A stretch of 64,000 nt of DNA from a candidate division FCPU426 bacterium (lineage in GTDB: Bacteria > Oederibacteriota > Muellerivitia > Muellerivitales > Muellerivitaceae): contig CAVYSE010000003.1 in assembly GCA_963771075.1 (NCBI GenBank), positions 375,863 through 439,862 of the forward strand, given 5' to 3'. Below are positions 38,067-47,361 of this stretch, piece by piece; positions within the stretch are counted from its first letter, which is position 1, and every line of letters begins with the position of its first letter. The position numbers were made by a program, and so were the translations under genes. A model generated the notes under the pieces. The model was not told where the DNA came from. It saw only the letters and a list, made by a program, of their open reading frames with translations, and did no database searches.

Positions 38067-38336
38067 TGATCAACATGAGGCGTAATTGCCGTCCCTTTGT
38101 TATCATTCGTGAAATTCTTATACTGTTCGTTCGGATTGGTATAAGGACCTTTAACCCCATATAGCGATCCAAGCGGTGGTTGCGCTGACTGAGGGAAAGT
38201 AGCTGACACCTGTCCCGCATTAGCAATTTTGCCAGCTAGATCAGCACAATTTTCCGAAGTACATCCACCATTTTTATCGGTTTGCGCGCTCACACTGTAA
38301 GGCTTATTAAAATTTTTATTACCGAACGACTTCATT
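38063..38336 (-). pseudogene. C-terminal gene fragment, Rhs/polymorphic toxin tip-like (spacer 6)
   Basis: Open frame from the repeat edge, with ..PYSV..SENCADLAGKIANAG..TNPN, followed by a coupled TM gene. Confidence 0.4.
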
Positions 38337-38373
38337 GTTGCACACCATCCTTTTTGGGAGGGCCATGTGCAGG

Positions 38374-38589
38374 CCATTGGTTCAACTGGGTGATTTATTC
38401 TTACTGCCTCCAATTACTACCACGGATTGGACATATTCCTTTCTAACGAATTCAGGGGGTGATTGTTTCCTAGATGCTTGTTCAGGAAACTCTAGTTTTC
38501 CTGTAGTCGTGAGGGTTTGGAAAAATGGGACCGTCGTAGAATCAGCATCGAATACCATTTGTGCCGATATTAACGGGACCCTGCCTTAA
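38374..38589 (+). pseudogene. C-terminal gene fragment abutting the last repeat
   Basis: Open frame PLVQLGD..VRVWKNGTVVESAS..INGTLP* starting at the repeat edge. Confidence 0.45.
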
Positions 38590-38595
38590 ACCCAC

Positions 38596-38799
38596 CTAAA
38601 GCCTTTCACCAACCAATTTTTTCATTTTAAGGGAGTATTCCAGGCGGAGGGTTTCCAGCTGGGCCTCGTTTAGCCTGGTCGTGTCGTCGAGGAGGTTTGC
38701 TTGGTTCTTATAATTGGCAAGGTCTTCCCCGACGGCTTTAAGGATAAGGGCGGTCTTGGCGTTATGGATGGCGGAACGCCAAAAGGGGAAGTCTTTCAT
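38596..38799 (-). CDS. Hypothetical protein
   Basis: 67-aa ORF abutting the upstream gene stop. Confidence 0.4.
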   Translation of the reverse strand: MKDFPFWRSAIHNAKTALILKAVGEDLANYKNQANLLDDTTRLNEAQLETLRLEYSLKMKKLVGERL

Positions 38800-40500
38800 T
38801 TATTCGATTTTAAGTTCCGAAAATAACTCGCATATTTTCTCAACCGCCATTATTACCTGATCAAACCGCCGGTCGGCGTCTTCAATCAATGACCCCTCAG
38901 GCGTATTCCAAGAACCGTGCGCCTTTCCTTGGCCTCTTCGATCTTGGAGATCACTTAAGACTCCGTGAGTTTCGGGCAAACTCTGTTCGTTACCGGTTGT
39001 TTTGATGATGAACTTCAATAAGCCAAGCGACCTAAGTTTCTCATCTTTGTTGCCAAGGTGACCGGCAATTTCTTTAAGCGCCGGTGTTTGCAAACCCTCA
39101 TTTACGGTATTCGCAAGTGCAATTATAAAATCATGCCATTGATTTTGGTTTTCAGTTAATAGATAAAATAGACCCTTTGAGGCCGTCTCCCAACTACCTC
39201 CCTTGGGGGACCAAATTGGCCACATATCATCTCGTAGTTTAATACTACCTAACTTCTCCAAACTATTTTTCAACTTGCTTAACTTAGGTTCTTCATTTGG
39301 GAATCGAGCTTCGAAATCTGTTTGGATTGCTCTTTTAGAAATTCCACCATTGGGTTTTTCATTATATTGTTTCCAATGTAACTGTTCCTTGAAGGGCAAT
39401 CGACTCAGATAAATTGCATATGTATGTACCTGTTTGTACTCGTTAATATCAAATGATTGAAGTTCCCAACCGCCACGGCAGGATATTCTTCGCTCATATA
39501 ACTCATATTTGTCTGGGTTGCCTTTATATTTGTCTAATACCTCGGCATTAAAAAAGATGGGACTGGTTTCGAATGGCAACGGGCTCTCGGTGAAATAATT
39601 CGCAAAGTTGGCCGGGTCGATCGAATAATCTTCGAGGATTCTTTTGTTTTTCCAATCATAAACAATAAAAGAAACATACTTTTTAGTTCCCTCTTCTTCG
39701 TCAAGAAAAGACCAAGAAAGTAATTCCTTTTTGGGAGTTATTGGATTTGTGATTTGAACTCCTCTGAACTCGGAGTATTCAATTTTACCGTTTCCGCTGG
39801 TACGAATTTCGAAACGTCCTTGAAATTCCGGGGGCTCAACCACTTTTGTTTTGCTCTCCAAAATCGGCGGAGATTCACCTAGCCATTTGTTAAAATCAAA
39901 ATATCGGACTAAAACCCACTTACCCAGATGAAGAAGTTTGTCGAGTGTTCGCCTTCTTATCAAGACAAGTTCAACCACATCAGTATTGATCAGCTTTATT
40001 TTTTCAACCTCTTCGCCCATACGATTCACAGAGCAATAAGAGGTTTTGCTTGGGGACCAATGGAGACCAAGAGGGTGAGTCACAAGCTGATTGAACTCAA
40101 TATAGTTCTCTTTTCCCTTGGGGTGGCCGTGGTAAAAACGGTTGAAAAACAATGGCACTTCGGAGCTATTGAAAGTACCTTCTTCTCCCCAAAACGGTTC
40201 AATCCGATGGTCATCACCGCTTATCACATGGTCGTACCCTGCAGGGATGGGGGAAATGCTAAATTCGTGAAGGTTGCCCTTAAAGGCCTCGTCAATTTTT
40301 GCCGCCGGATAAAGCGAAGGGTGCATCCAATATCCACCCTTTCCATAAGAAGACACTTTCAAGACAACCCAGCCATCAAAATCATTAAAAATAAACCCCC
40401 AATTATTGGACATCATTGCTTCGTCCGACGGTTTACTAAGGTGGGAGTTTGTAACCTCCTTTACCAATTCGACTAATTCTTTTAAATTTGCTTCAATCAT
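38800..40500 (-). CDS. Hypothetical 566-aa protein with possible C-terminal HEPN-like motif
   Basis: Long AT-rich ORF; helical C-terminus with LQDRRGQGKAHG (R-x4-6-H). Confidence 0.7.
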   Translation of the reverse strand: MIEANLKELVELVKEVTNSHLSKPSDEAMMSNNWGFIFNDFDGWVVLKVSSYGKGGYWMHPSLYPAAKIDEAFKGNLHEFSISPIPAGYDHVISGDDHRIEPFWGEEGTFNSSEVPLFFNRFYHGHPKGKENYIEFNQLVTHPLGLHWSPSKTSYCSVNRMGEEVEKIKLINTDVVELVLIRRRTLDKLLHLGKWVLVRYFDFNKWLGESPPILESKTKVVEPPEFQGRFEIRTSGNGKIEYSEFRGVQITNPITPKKELLSWSFLDEEEGTKKYVSFIVYDWKNKRILEDYSIDPANFANYFTESPLPFETSPIFFNAEVLDKYKGNPDKYELYERRISCRGGWELQSFDINEYKQVHTYAIYLSRLPFKEQLHWKQYNEKPNGGISKRAIQTDFEARFPNEEPKLSKLKNSLEKLGSIKLRDDMWPIWSPKGGSWETASKGLFYLLTENQNQWHDFIIALANTVNEGLQTPALKEIAGHLGNKDEKLRSLGLLKFIIKTTGNEQSLPETHGVLSDLQDRRGQGKAHGSWNTPEGSLIEDADRRFDQVIMAVEKICELFSELKIE

Positions 40501-40524
40501 TTTGCTTACTCCGTTTCAGTCATC

Positions 40525-40670
40525 TTTATTCAAACCGGCCAGCTTGCATCATGGCGGTCGGGTAGGGCTTTAAAAGACCCTTGAGGATCCCTGCATGCGG
40601 GAATTCAGGGTCCAGTCAGGCGTCGTAGTTCCGTGGGCCGAGGATTACCGGCATTCTGTCGTGAATTTTA
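40525..40670 (-). pseudogene. Degenerate 3' remnant of an SOS-response-associated peptidase (SRAP) gene
   Basis: Translates KIHDRMPVILGPRNYDA*LDPEFPHAGILKGLLKPYP, homologous to the C-terminus of 45022..45813. Confidence 0.75.
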
Positions 40671-40699
40671 GAAAAAAGTTTATTTGTTGTTTATTTTAT

Positions 40700-41158
40700 T
40701 CACAACCCAAGAAGTTGCTTCTTTTTCGCGGCAAATTCATCCTTGGTAAGAACTCCATCGTCCAGTAATTTTTTTAATTTTATAATTTCATCTGCAACAG
40801 AGATTCCAGTGGTTTGGATGGGCGCCGAACTAGATTTAGACTCAACGGCTTCTTTAATCATTAAAGCAATTTGATAGTTATCCTTGCCATTGAAAACAAC
40901 GGCATTTTCATCCAGGAGTGCATCGTAGGTCCCGCCTGTTACTTTGTAGGTACTATCGTGGGCAAACCCTCCGGCAATAGAAAATTTAATGTATCCTGAC
41001 ATAAAGCCCGGTTTTTTGATTTCAATTGACGAGATGTTACGAATAGGAAGTGCTTTTTCCCGTTGAGCGGCAAAAAGCCAACCTTTCTTGATAATAAGTA
41101 TGTTGCTTCCGTCTACAATTACGCTTTTACCTTGGCGTCCTTTTAGTTTTAAATCCAT
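40700..41158 (-). CDS. PH-like (DUF4429-like) protein with C-terminal SHOCT domain
   Basis: SVADEIIKLKKLLDDGVLTKDEFAAKKKQLLGL. Confidence 0.8.
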   Translation of the reverse strand: MDLKLKGRQGKSVIVDGSNILIIKKGWLFAAQREKALPIRNISSIEIKKPGFMSGYIKFSIAGGFAHDSTYKVTGGTYDALLDENAVVFNGKDNYQIALMIKEAVESKSSSAPIQTTGISVADEIIKLKKLLDDGVLTKDEFAAKKKQLLGL

Positions 41159-41195
41159 GAGAAAATTCCTTTTTTTGGAAGTTTGGATCAGCCTT

Positions 41196-42185
41196 TTATT
41201 TTTTGACCTGAAACATTTCCTTAATCATTCCAATAGAACCTAGCACCCCTGATGCCTCATAGGGCACGTACACGACCTTATTGTCTTTCCCAGAAACCAT
41301 TTCCTTCAGCGCATCAATGTATTTAATGGCTATTAAGTACGTCGCTGGATCACCTTTACTATCCTTAATCGTTTCAGTGACCATGCGTATTGATTTGGCC
41401 TCGGCATCGGCCAATTTCAGGCGTGATTCCGCATTCCCTTCAGCCCTGAGAATGGCAGACTTTTTATCGCCTTCCGCCCTAGTAATTTGGGATTCCCGCT
41501 CTCCTTCAGCCACAAGAATAGCCGCGGTCTTTTGACCTTCCGCCTCTAAAATGACCGCACGCCTGCTTCTCTCGGCCCTCATTTGTTTTTCCATCGCATC
41601 TTTAATCTCAGCTGGGGGAGAAATCTCCTGAAGTTCCACTCTGTTAGCCTTTATCCCCCACTTTTCGGTCGCTTCATCCAGAATGGCCCTTAGTTTCGTG
41701 TTAATGGTGTCGCGAGAAGTCAGGGTTTGGTCAAGGTCCAGCGCACCAATCACGTTTCTTAAAGTGGTTTGTGTGAGCTTTTCGATGGCATCCGGCAGAT
41801 TGGCGATCTCATAGACCGCTTTTACAGGGTCCGAAACCTGGAAATAAAGCAAAACATCAATAATGATGGTGACGTTATCTTTGGTTATGACATTTTGTTT
41901 TGGAAATTCATAAACCGTCTCTCTTAAATCAATTCTTTCGACTTCCACTTTTCGGACAATATGATTGCCACCGATATCTGTCAGGGAATACCGCCATTGA
42001 ATTTTTCGGGGACGGTCAAAGAACGGCCAAAGGATATTCACGCCGCTGTGAAGCAAGCGGTGATAACGTCCCAAACGCTCAACGACGACGACTTCCGCCT
42101 GTTGCACGATCATAAAACCTTTAATAGCCATTACGATAACCACCACAGCGACTAATGCGAGAATTATTGTTATTGCCGGTGACAT
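41196..42185 (-). CDS. SPFH/band 7 (stomatin/QmcA-like) protein
   Basis: VVERLGRY, VITKDNV, QTTLRNVIG and AMEKQMRAER. Confidence 0.93.
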   Translation of the reverse strand: MSPAITIILALVAVVVIVMAIKGFMIVQQAEVVVVERLGRYHRLLHSGVNILWPFFDRPRKIQWRYSLTDIGGNHIVRKVEVERIDLRETVYEFPKQNVITKDNVTIIIDVLLYFQVSDPVKAVYEIANLPDAIEKLTQTTLRNVIGALDLDQTLTSRDTINTKLRAILDEATEKWGIKANRVELQEISPPAEIKDAMEKQMRAERSRRAVILEAEGQKTAAILVAEGERESQITRAEGDKKSAILRAEGNAESRLKLADAEAKSIRMVTETIKDSKGDPATYLIAIKYIDALKEMVSGKDNKVVYVPYEASGVLGSIGMIKEMFQVKK

Positions 42186-42195
42186 ATGATCCCCC

Positions 42196-42639
42196 TTAAC
42201 TTTTTATCTGAACAAATAATTTATTTCCTGACAATCTTTCAACTTTCACCCTTTGGCCTACAGCGATAACGGATGAATCCTGGCTGACCGCCCGCCATTC
42301 TTCCCCGCCGATCTTAACCCGGCCGGTTTCTTTTTGAGGGTTGATTTCTTCCGTGACCTTCGCGTCCTTCCCAAACAAGGCATCCGTATTGGTCTCGGTG
42401 TATCCCTCTTTTGGTTTTAAATGTTTTAAAAATAAAGGGCGAATGGTAACCAGGCTAATGATTGTGAAAACAATGAAGGAAATGAGCTGGATATTCAGGC
42501 CGACGCCCAAAAGTGAAACCAAACAAGTTAAGACGGCCGCGAAAGAAAAACACAAGAGGAAGAAACCGGGGATCAAAAGCTCAAAAAGGGCCAAAAAAAC
42601 CGCGCCAATCATCCAATAGAACCATACAGAGAATGTCAT
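42196..42639 (-). CDS. NfeD/YbbJ-family membrane protein
   Basis: ELLIPGFF, TNTDALFGK and GRVKIGGEEWRA; canonical partner of SPFH. Confidence 0.92.
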   Translation of the reverse strand: MTFSVWFYWMIGAVFLALFELLIPGFFLLCFSFAAVLTCLVSLLGVGLNIQLISFIVFTIISLVTIRPLFLKHLKPKEGYTETNTDALFGKDAKVTEEINPQKETGRVKIGGEEWRAVSQDSSVIAVGQRVKVERLSGNKLFVQIKS

Positions 42640-42728
42640 TTTTTATTCTTTCAATTATAATTTGAGATAAATTTTATTATAACTTCTTATTCGGACAAAA
42701 AAATAGGGAAAATAAAAGAGGAAGTCTT

Positions 42729-42959
42729 TCACTTTAATTCCTCGCTCGTCATAAAACCCCGCACCTTCCCTGTCTCCGCACGGGTGTAGAAGGTGCCGTC
42801 TTTATGTTGGAATCCGGTGTTTTCATTTCCTAAGGAATGGAACCCATCGGCTTCGGCGGCGTTGAGGGCGTCGTAATGCTCAATTCCGGTGTAAACCCTC
42901 CCCGAGTTGGGGTCCCGGACGGCCGCTTTGAAGTCGGATTTGAGGAAAGGTTTAGGCAT
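42729..42959 (-). CDS. Small hypothetical protein
   Basis: 76-aa ORF with plausible composition (GRVYTGIEH..GFQHKDGTFYTRAE). Confidence 0.5.
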   Translation of the reverse strand: MPKPFLKSDFKAAVRDPNSGRVYTGIEHYDALNAAEADGFHSLGNENTGFQHKDGTFYTRAETGKVRGFMTSEELK

Positions 42960-42981
42960 GGGATCCCCTACAGAGTTAATA

Positions 42982-43374
42982 TCATTCGAACCTATTACGT
43001 TTTCTTCCCGCGTTTAAAATGTGAGAACCCCGAGGCCCATCTTCTGGATAAATTCTTTCACCCGTTGCTTTCGCACCTAAGTATTGATCGAATCTCTTTT
43101 TTCCGGACAATGACTCTTTTTTTAGAGGAGTTTTATTAATGCTAATCTCAGGAATTCTTTTAATAAATTTTTTCGATATTTTATTTTTTGGAGGTTTATT
43201 GGCTTTTATTATTTTTTCAGTTGGGCCGATGACTTTCTTAATTTCAAACTGAATTTTATCATTTATTTTTGTAAGTATATTCGGTACGGCATAACCAAGT
43301 CTCTTACAGCATTTCAATAACTCCTCGGAAGAAATTCCAAGTTCATTCGCAAAAACGTATATTCGTTTTGTCAT
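42982..43374 (-). CDS. Protein with IF2 N-terminal-like HTH domain
   Basis: KRIYVFANELGISSEELLKCCKRLG resembles IF2_N. Confidence 0.55.
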   Translation of the reverse strand: MTKRIYVFANELGISSEELLKCCKRLGYAVPNILTKINDKIQFEIKKVIGPTEKIIKANKPPKNKISKKFIKRIPEISINKTPLKKESLSGKKRFDQYLGAKATGERIYPEDGPRGSHILNAGRKRNRFE

Positions 43375-43676
43375 ATTTACTCATTCGAAACCTAGCGCTA
43401 GGCCAAAAGGCCCTGGGTTGAGGCCTCAAACCTGAAAACTTCGATTCCTTGCTCTATATTAACAGCATGACAAAACCCGGAGAAAACATAATATTTTTTG
43501 GATTTTGGCAGGGTGATCGCCCATAGCGGAATGGGTAAAAGGGCATGGATCGGGTTTGTGTATTACGGGTCAACCAGGCCGCATACCTTACCAAAGCTAA
43601 AATCGCCGTTCATTCGACCTGGATATATGTAAGGGAGCCGGTCATTATGAGATACTAAGAACTGGAGCGTCGAAGG

Positions 43677-44330
43677 TCATTGCCCCCCTCTAATTGGCCA
43701 AACCGGAGTTCCGTGATTCTTAAAAAAACCAGCGGTTAAAACCCCTCGTTTCCTTGCTTTGGACCCAGTCTTTTTCAGTTCTTTCTCGATCTTTGTCCTT
43801 TCGGCTTCATAAATTCCTTGAACTTCTAAGTCCTCATCCAGGATCACCAAAAGGACGCTGTCCCAAGTCATTTCGGTCTTGATCGCCCCAATTTTTTGGG
43901 TCTTTTTGGAATCCTTTGGGTAAGCCCGGCTTTTGATCTGAATGCGTTTAACATCATTCCCGCGGACCCAAAGGGCGTCAAACCCAGCCGTTCGGGCTTC
44001 GGCTAGGATCAACCCAAGCATATGTGCGGCCCAAAATTCAGCCACTTCCCCAGTGATTCCCAGAGGTTTCCCGGTGACGGCACGGTATTGCTTGTCTAGG
44101 ACGACCGCCTGGTCAAGGAGGGTCTTAATGGCCACAGGATCTGCCCCGGCTCCAGGATACCTGAGCCCGGCGGCCGCCAAAGCGTTGTTCCAACTTCCGA
44201 AGGTCTTTTCGGATGAAACCGCCTTAAAAAGTTTTGGGTCCTTTTCGGCAACATTTTTCGCCGAAAGGTCGATCTCCTGGTCGTTGAGCTTTTTAAGTTC
44301 TTGGAGAAGGTCGGAAAGTGAAGGTTTCAT
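43677..44330 (-). CDS. Restriction-endonuclease-like (DUF6998-like PD-(D/E)xK) protein with N-terminal homing-endonuclease-associated repeat
   Basis: FGSWNNALAAAGL; ITGEVAEF..AGFDA..RIQIKSR. Confidence 0.65.
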   Translation of the reverse strand: MKPSLSDLLQELKKLNDQEIDLSAKNVAEKDPKLFKAVSSEKTFGSWNNALAAAGLRYPGAGADPVAIKTLLDQAVVLDKQYRAVTGKPLGITGEVAEFWAAHMLGLILAEARTAGFDALWVRGNDVKRIQIKSRAYPKDSKKTQKIGAIKTEMTWDSVLLVILDEDLEVQGIYEAERTKIEKELKKTGSKARKRGVLTAGFFKNHGTPVWPIRGGQ

Positions 44331-45025
44331 GGTTTTGCCAATTTCTGAATCCACTTTATCCTTTGCTCAGCTGTGGGCATGTGCAGTTCCAATACCTTTT
44401 TACGGAACGACCGAAGGTAGTTCGACATGGAAAAAACCAAAAATTTAGGGAAGTCCTTCTTTCTAAATGAGTAGTCGGAGTATTCAAACAATGCTTCCGG
44501 CTTCCCTTCTGGGTGGACTGCATCCCAAAAACAGATTACCGGGGTAACTTTGACCGGGCCTTTTTGGCCCTTTGGGATCACCATTATTTCGAGGACTTTT
44601 TCCATTGAGTCGCCCTTAAATCGCTTGCGTTTTTGGTCCCATTTATTGTTCCAACTTCTAATTCGGTGCGTCTTCAAAGAACCCTGGTCAGCGTTTATCT
44701 CCAGCTTCTTACCCCCTATTGCATGAGCAGACCAGTTCTTGATCTCTACCTGGTAAAGATTCACCCTCTTTCCGTTGGGGGCTTTCTCCAACAACCACCT
44801 GTCCAGGCGGTGGCCTTTATTTGTTCCATGGCTCGGTGTTTCTGGGGTGTTTGGATCTTTCATTAGGACTTCGGTCTTTATTCCAGATTCTTCCAGGAAA
44901 TAATTTTGAAGAAGAGCAATTCCAAGGTCTTCCCCCATAACCCCAACAATGGCCGAAGTGTGGTGTTGGCTATCCGGAGGTTCCTCATCAAAGAAATGGA
45001 GGAGGTCTTTTACTTTGATTTTCAT
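44327..45025 (-). CDS. Hypothetical PD-(D/E)xK nuclease-like protein
   Basis: GE..LDRW..QVEIK pattern; coupled to its neighbours. Confidence 0.5.
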   Translation of the reverse strand: MKIKVKDLLHFFDEEPPDSQHHTSAIVGVMGEDLGIALLQNYFLEESGIKTEVLMKDPNTPETPSHGTNKGHRLDRWLLEKAPNGKRVNLYQVEIKNWSAHAIGGKKLEINADQGSLKTHRIRSWNNKWDQKRKRFKGDSMEKVLEIMVIPKGQKGPVKVTPVICFWDAVHPEGKPEALFEYSDYSFRKKDFPKFLVFSMSNYLRSFRKKVLELHMPTAEQRIKWIQKLAKP

Positions 45026-45813
45026 GGCTTCCCCTCGGTTAGTTTCACTTTTAGGATCAACCCTTTCGAATCATCATCCCCCACCTTATTCACTATCCGG
45101 TCCACTGGCCAGGATTGCATCTTGGCGGCCGGGAAGGGCTTTAAAAGGGTCTTGAGGATCCCCGGGTCCTGGAGCTGAAGATCCAGCCAGGCGTCGTAGT
45201 TCTTGGGGTCCAGGATTACCGGCATCCGGTCGTGGATCTTCTCCATTAGGGGATTAGCCTCGGTGGTGATGATGGTGCAGGATTCTAGGACGTCCCCTTC
45301 TTTGTATTTCTTTCCTCCGAGGTTGAGTGGCCACGAAACCGGCTTGAGGGGTTTTCCAGCCTTTTCGGCTTTTTCTAAGTCTCTCTCGTCTTCCATCCAA
45401 CGGACTTTCCAGGATTCATAAAGGCCGGCACAGGCAAAAGGTTCTTGGTCCTTCATGCTGAAGTAGTAGGGTTGGGAGGGTTTAACCGATCGGTCCCACT
45501 CATAAAAGCCGTCCATGATGACCAGGCAACGCATTTTCTTGAAGGCTCGCTTGAATGAGGGCTTCTCCGCGACCGAATCGGCCCGGGCATTCATCGTGTG
45601 GTAAGCGATTTTGGTGTTCTTGGCCCAATAAGGGACGAGGCCCCAATAGTCCCGCTTAATGACCCGCTCTTTCTTCTCTGGATCGACCAGGACGACCGGA
45701 ATTCGGGCGGTGGGGGCGATGTTGTAGTGTTCCTCGAAAGACTCGAAGAGGGAGGCTTGGAACTGTTTGGCGAGCTTGGGAGAAGGGGTTTTAACTGCGA
45801 AACGGCCGCACAT
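45022..45813 (-). CDS. SOS response-associated peptidase (SRAP/YedK/HMCES family)
   Basis: Start MCGRF at 45813; YNIAP, NARAD, GFYEW and IHDRMPVIL. Confidence 0.93.
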   Translation of the reverse strand: MCGRFAVKTPSPKLAKQFQASLFESFEEHYNIAPTARIPVVLVDPEKKERVIKRDYWGLVPYWAKNTKIAYHTMNARADSVAEKPSFKRAFKKMRCLVIMDGFYEWDRSVKPSQPYYFSMKDQEPFACAGLYESWKVRWMEDERDLEKAEKAGKPLKPVSWPLNLGGKKYKEGDVLESCTIITTEANPLMEKIHDRMPVILDPKNYDAWLDLQLQDPGILKTLLKPFPAAKMQSWPVDRIVNKVGDDDSKGLILKVKLTEGKP

Positions 45814-45823
45814 GGGGCACCTC

Positions 45824-46741
45824 CTAAAATAAACCAAAAATATGTGTGTGCAGTTTTGCCAATTCGATAAGTAATTCAGCAGAAACGGCTCCCCCAGCCC
45901 CTTCAAGGATAGCTCTTAAGGAATGAAGGCTCTCTTTTATTATTGAACCCTTGGGCTTTGGGGATTTTAGCTGTGCCTTAATGGAATCAATTTCCGCTTC
46001 CGCCTCTTTTTTAGTGTCTTTACTTAAACCCATTTTGGGAACAAGCTGCCAAAATTTTTCTAGAAAAGCATTCGTGGCTTTAATATCTAGGTTGAAAGTC
46101 ATTTCTTGAACGGAGTCTGTAGTTCCCTGTTGTATTTGAGAATTTACAACCTGACCGTAAAAGTGATTGACGTTGTAACTTGGTGATTCAGCATGGCGCT
46201 TTTCTTCGGGGGTAAAAGTCATTCCTTCTCCAAGAATATCAGCTTTTTCCAATTCCATTGTCCATTTTAGAATTATAGTTCTGACCGCGTCGATTATTTG
46301 GGCCACTTGGGAAAACTGAAGCTCGATTAAAAAGGTAGTTTCAAAATACGATTCGGACATTTGATTTAAAAGAATCCTCGCCTCGGGGCTTACAGGTATA
46401 CCAACCATCGAAGACTTTACTCTCTGGTCCAACATGGATTCCAAAGCGGAAACGCCTTCCGCTAAAACCGTTCTTGATAATAGCTCCTGGTCCTCGCTTC
46501 TATTCATTGCAACAGGAATCCAACCCCCTCGGGGGTGTTTAGCTTTTAATGTTCCACTCAAGCGTCTGTAAAGGGGTATGGTGTTGCCCTCTTTGTAGCC
46601 GCCAAGTTCCGTTTCTATCCAGGAGACAAAATCCTTTAAGTTCAATTTTGTGGCTACAACAAGGGCCTTTTTAAGAAGAGCCGATACTCGAATGGTGTTA
46701 TCAAAGGATTCATGTTGCAATTCCAAGACAATTGAACTCAT
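45824..46741 (-). CDS. AbiTii-domain protein
   Basis: SIVLELQ..VSALLKKALVVATKL..WIETELGGY..PLYR N-terminal signature. Confidence 0.75.
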   Translation of the reverse strand: MSSIVLELQHESFDNTIRVSALLKKALVVATKLNLKDFVSWIETELGGYKEGNTIPLYRRLSGTLKAKHPRGGWIPVAMNRSEDQELLSRTVLAEGVSALESMLDQRVKSSMVGIPVSPEARILLNQMSESYFETTFLIELQFSQVAQIIDAVRTIILKWTMELEKADILGEGMTFTPEEKRHAESPSYNVNHFYGQVVNSQIQQGTTDSVQEMTFNLDIKATNAFLEKFWQLVPKMGLSKDTKKEAEAEIDSIKAQLKSPKPKGSIIKESLHSLRAILEGAGGAVSAELLIELAKLHTHIFGLF

Positions 46742-46811
46742 TTCGAAACCTTTTCATTCAAAGCAGGCAAGGATTTAACAATTTTCATGGTTTCGAGGCT
46801 GACGGTCACCG

Positions 46812-47357
46812 CTAAACCTCCAAAGCTTTCTGCTCGAGGTGACCTTCAATAACTTTAACCTTGCTCCCGACCGTTTCTTCCATCAACTTAAACACGTTTT
46901 GAAGGTTTTCATTATGAATTCGGTTCAATGTTGGAATATTAACAATTTGTTGTTTAAATTCGAATTTATCAATGTCATTCCAATTAATTTTAGCAATCAA
47001 CTCGAATAACCCATCACTTTTTCCAAAATACTTTTTATAAAGGAATAGATTTTTGGAAAGCTCTGCCTTTTGTTCGATCATTTTACTGGTTAGATTACTT
47101 ACCTCGTTTGTGGCTCGCAGGAGCGCGTTCCAAATCTTATCATCGTTAGGTTTTAGCTCATTTGCCTTTCGGAAGTAATTACATTGATAATGTTCTTGGG
47201 TAAGGATGGTGGCGTATTCAGTCAGAATTTTAAATAACATTTGCAAATTCTGAAGAGTTTCTAATTTTTTATCCTTTAATGCCCGTTGTACTGTTAATAG
47301 GTGATATAGGTAACCTCCCAAAAGAACAGTGAAGGCACCGACTAAGTACTGATCCAT
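46812..47357 (-). CDS. Hypothetical protein with N-terminal TM anchor
   Basis: MDQYLVGAFTVLLGGYLYH then a helical domain. Confidence 0.55.
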   Translation of the reverse strand: MDQYLVGAFTVLLGGYLYHLLTVQRALKDKKLETLQNLQMLFKILTEYATILTQEHYQCNYFRKANELKPNDDKIWNALLRATNEVSNLTSKMIEQKAELSKNLFLYKKYFGKSDGLFELIAKINWNDIDKFEFKQQIVNIPTLNRIHNENLQNVFKLMEETVGSKVKVIEGHLEQKALEV

Positions 47358-47361
47358 AAAA

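Larger units (their letters stand above)
35013..38373. CRISPR. CRISPR-like array: seven 37-bp direct repeats with very long spacers (899, 764, 559, 104, 94, 682 bp)
   Basis: GTTGCACACCATCCTTTTTGGGAGGGCCATGTGCAGG at 35013, 35949, 36750, 37346, 37487 and 38337, plus a 4-mismatch variant at 37618. The repeats are certain; the CRISPR interpretation is inference. Confidence 0.6.

Noticed and set aside
35013..38373. Integron cassette array (attC/CALIN)
   Set aside because: The repeats are identical and only 37 bp, lack attC R''/R' box architecture, and the inserts are gene fragments in both orientations. No IntI is present.
35013..38413. ORFs sharing MALPKRMVCN / CTWPSQKGWCAT / LHTILFGRAMCR peptides as a repeated protein domain
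   Set aside because: These are translations of the 37-bp DNA repeat in different frames, not a protein family.
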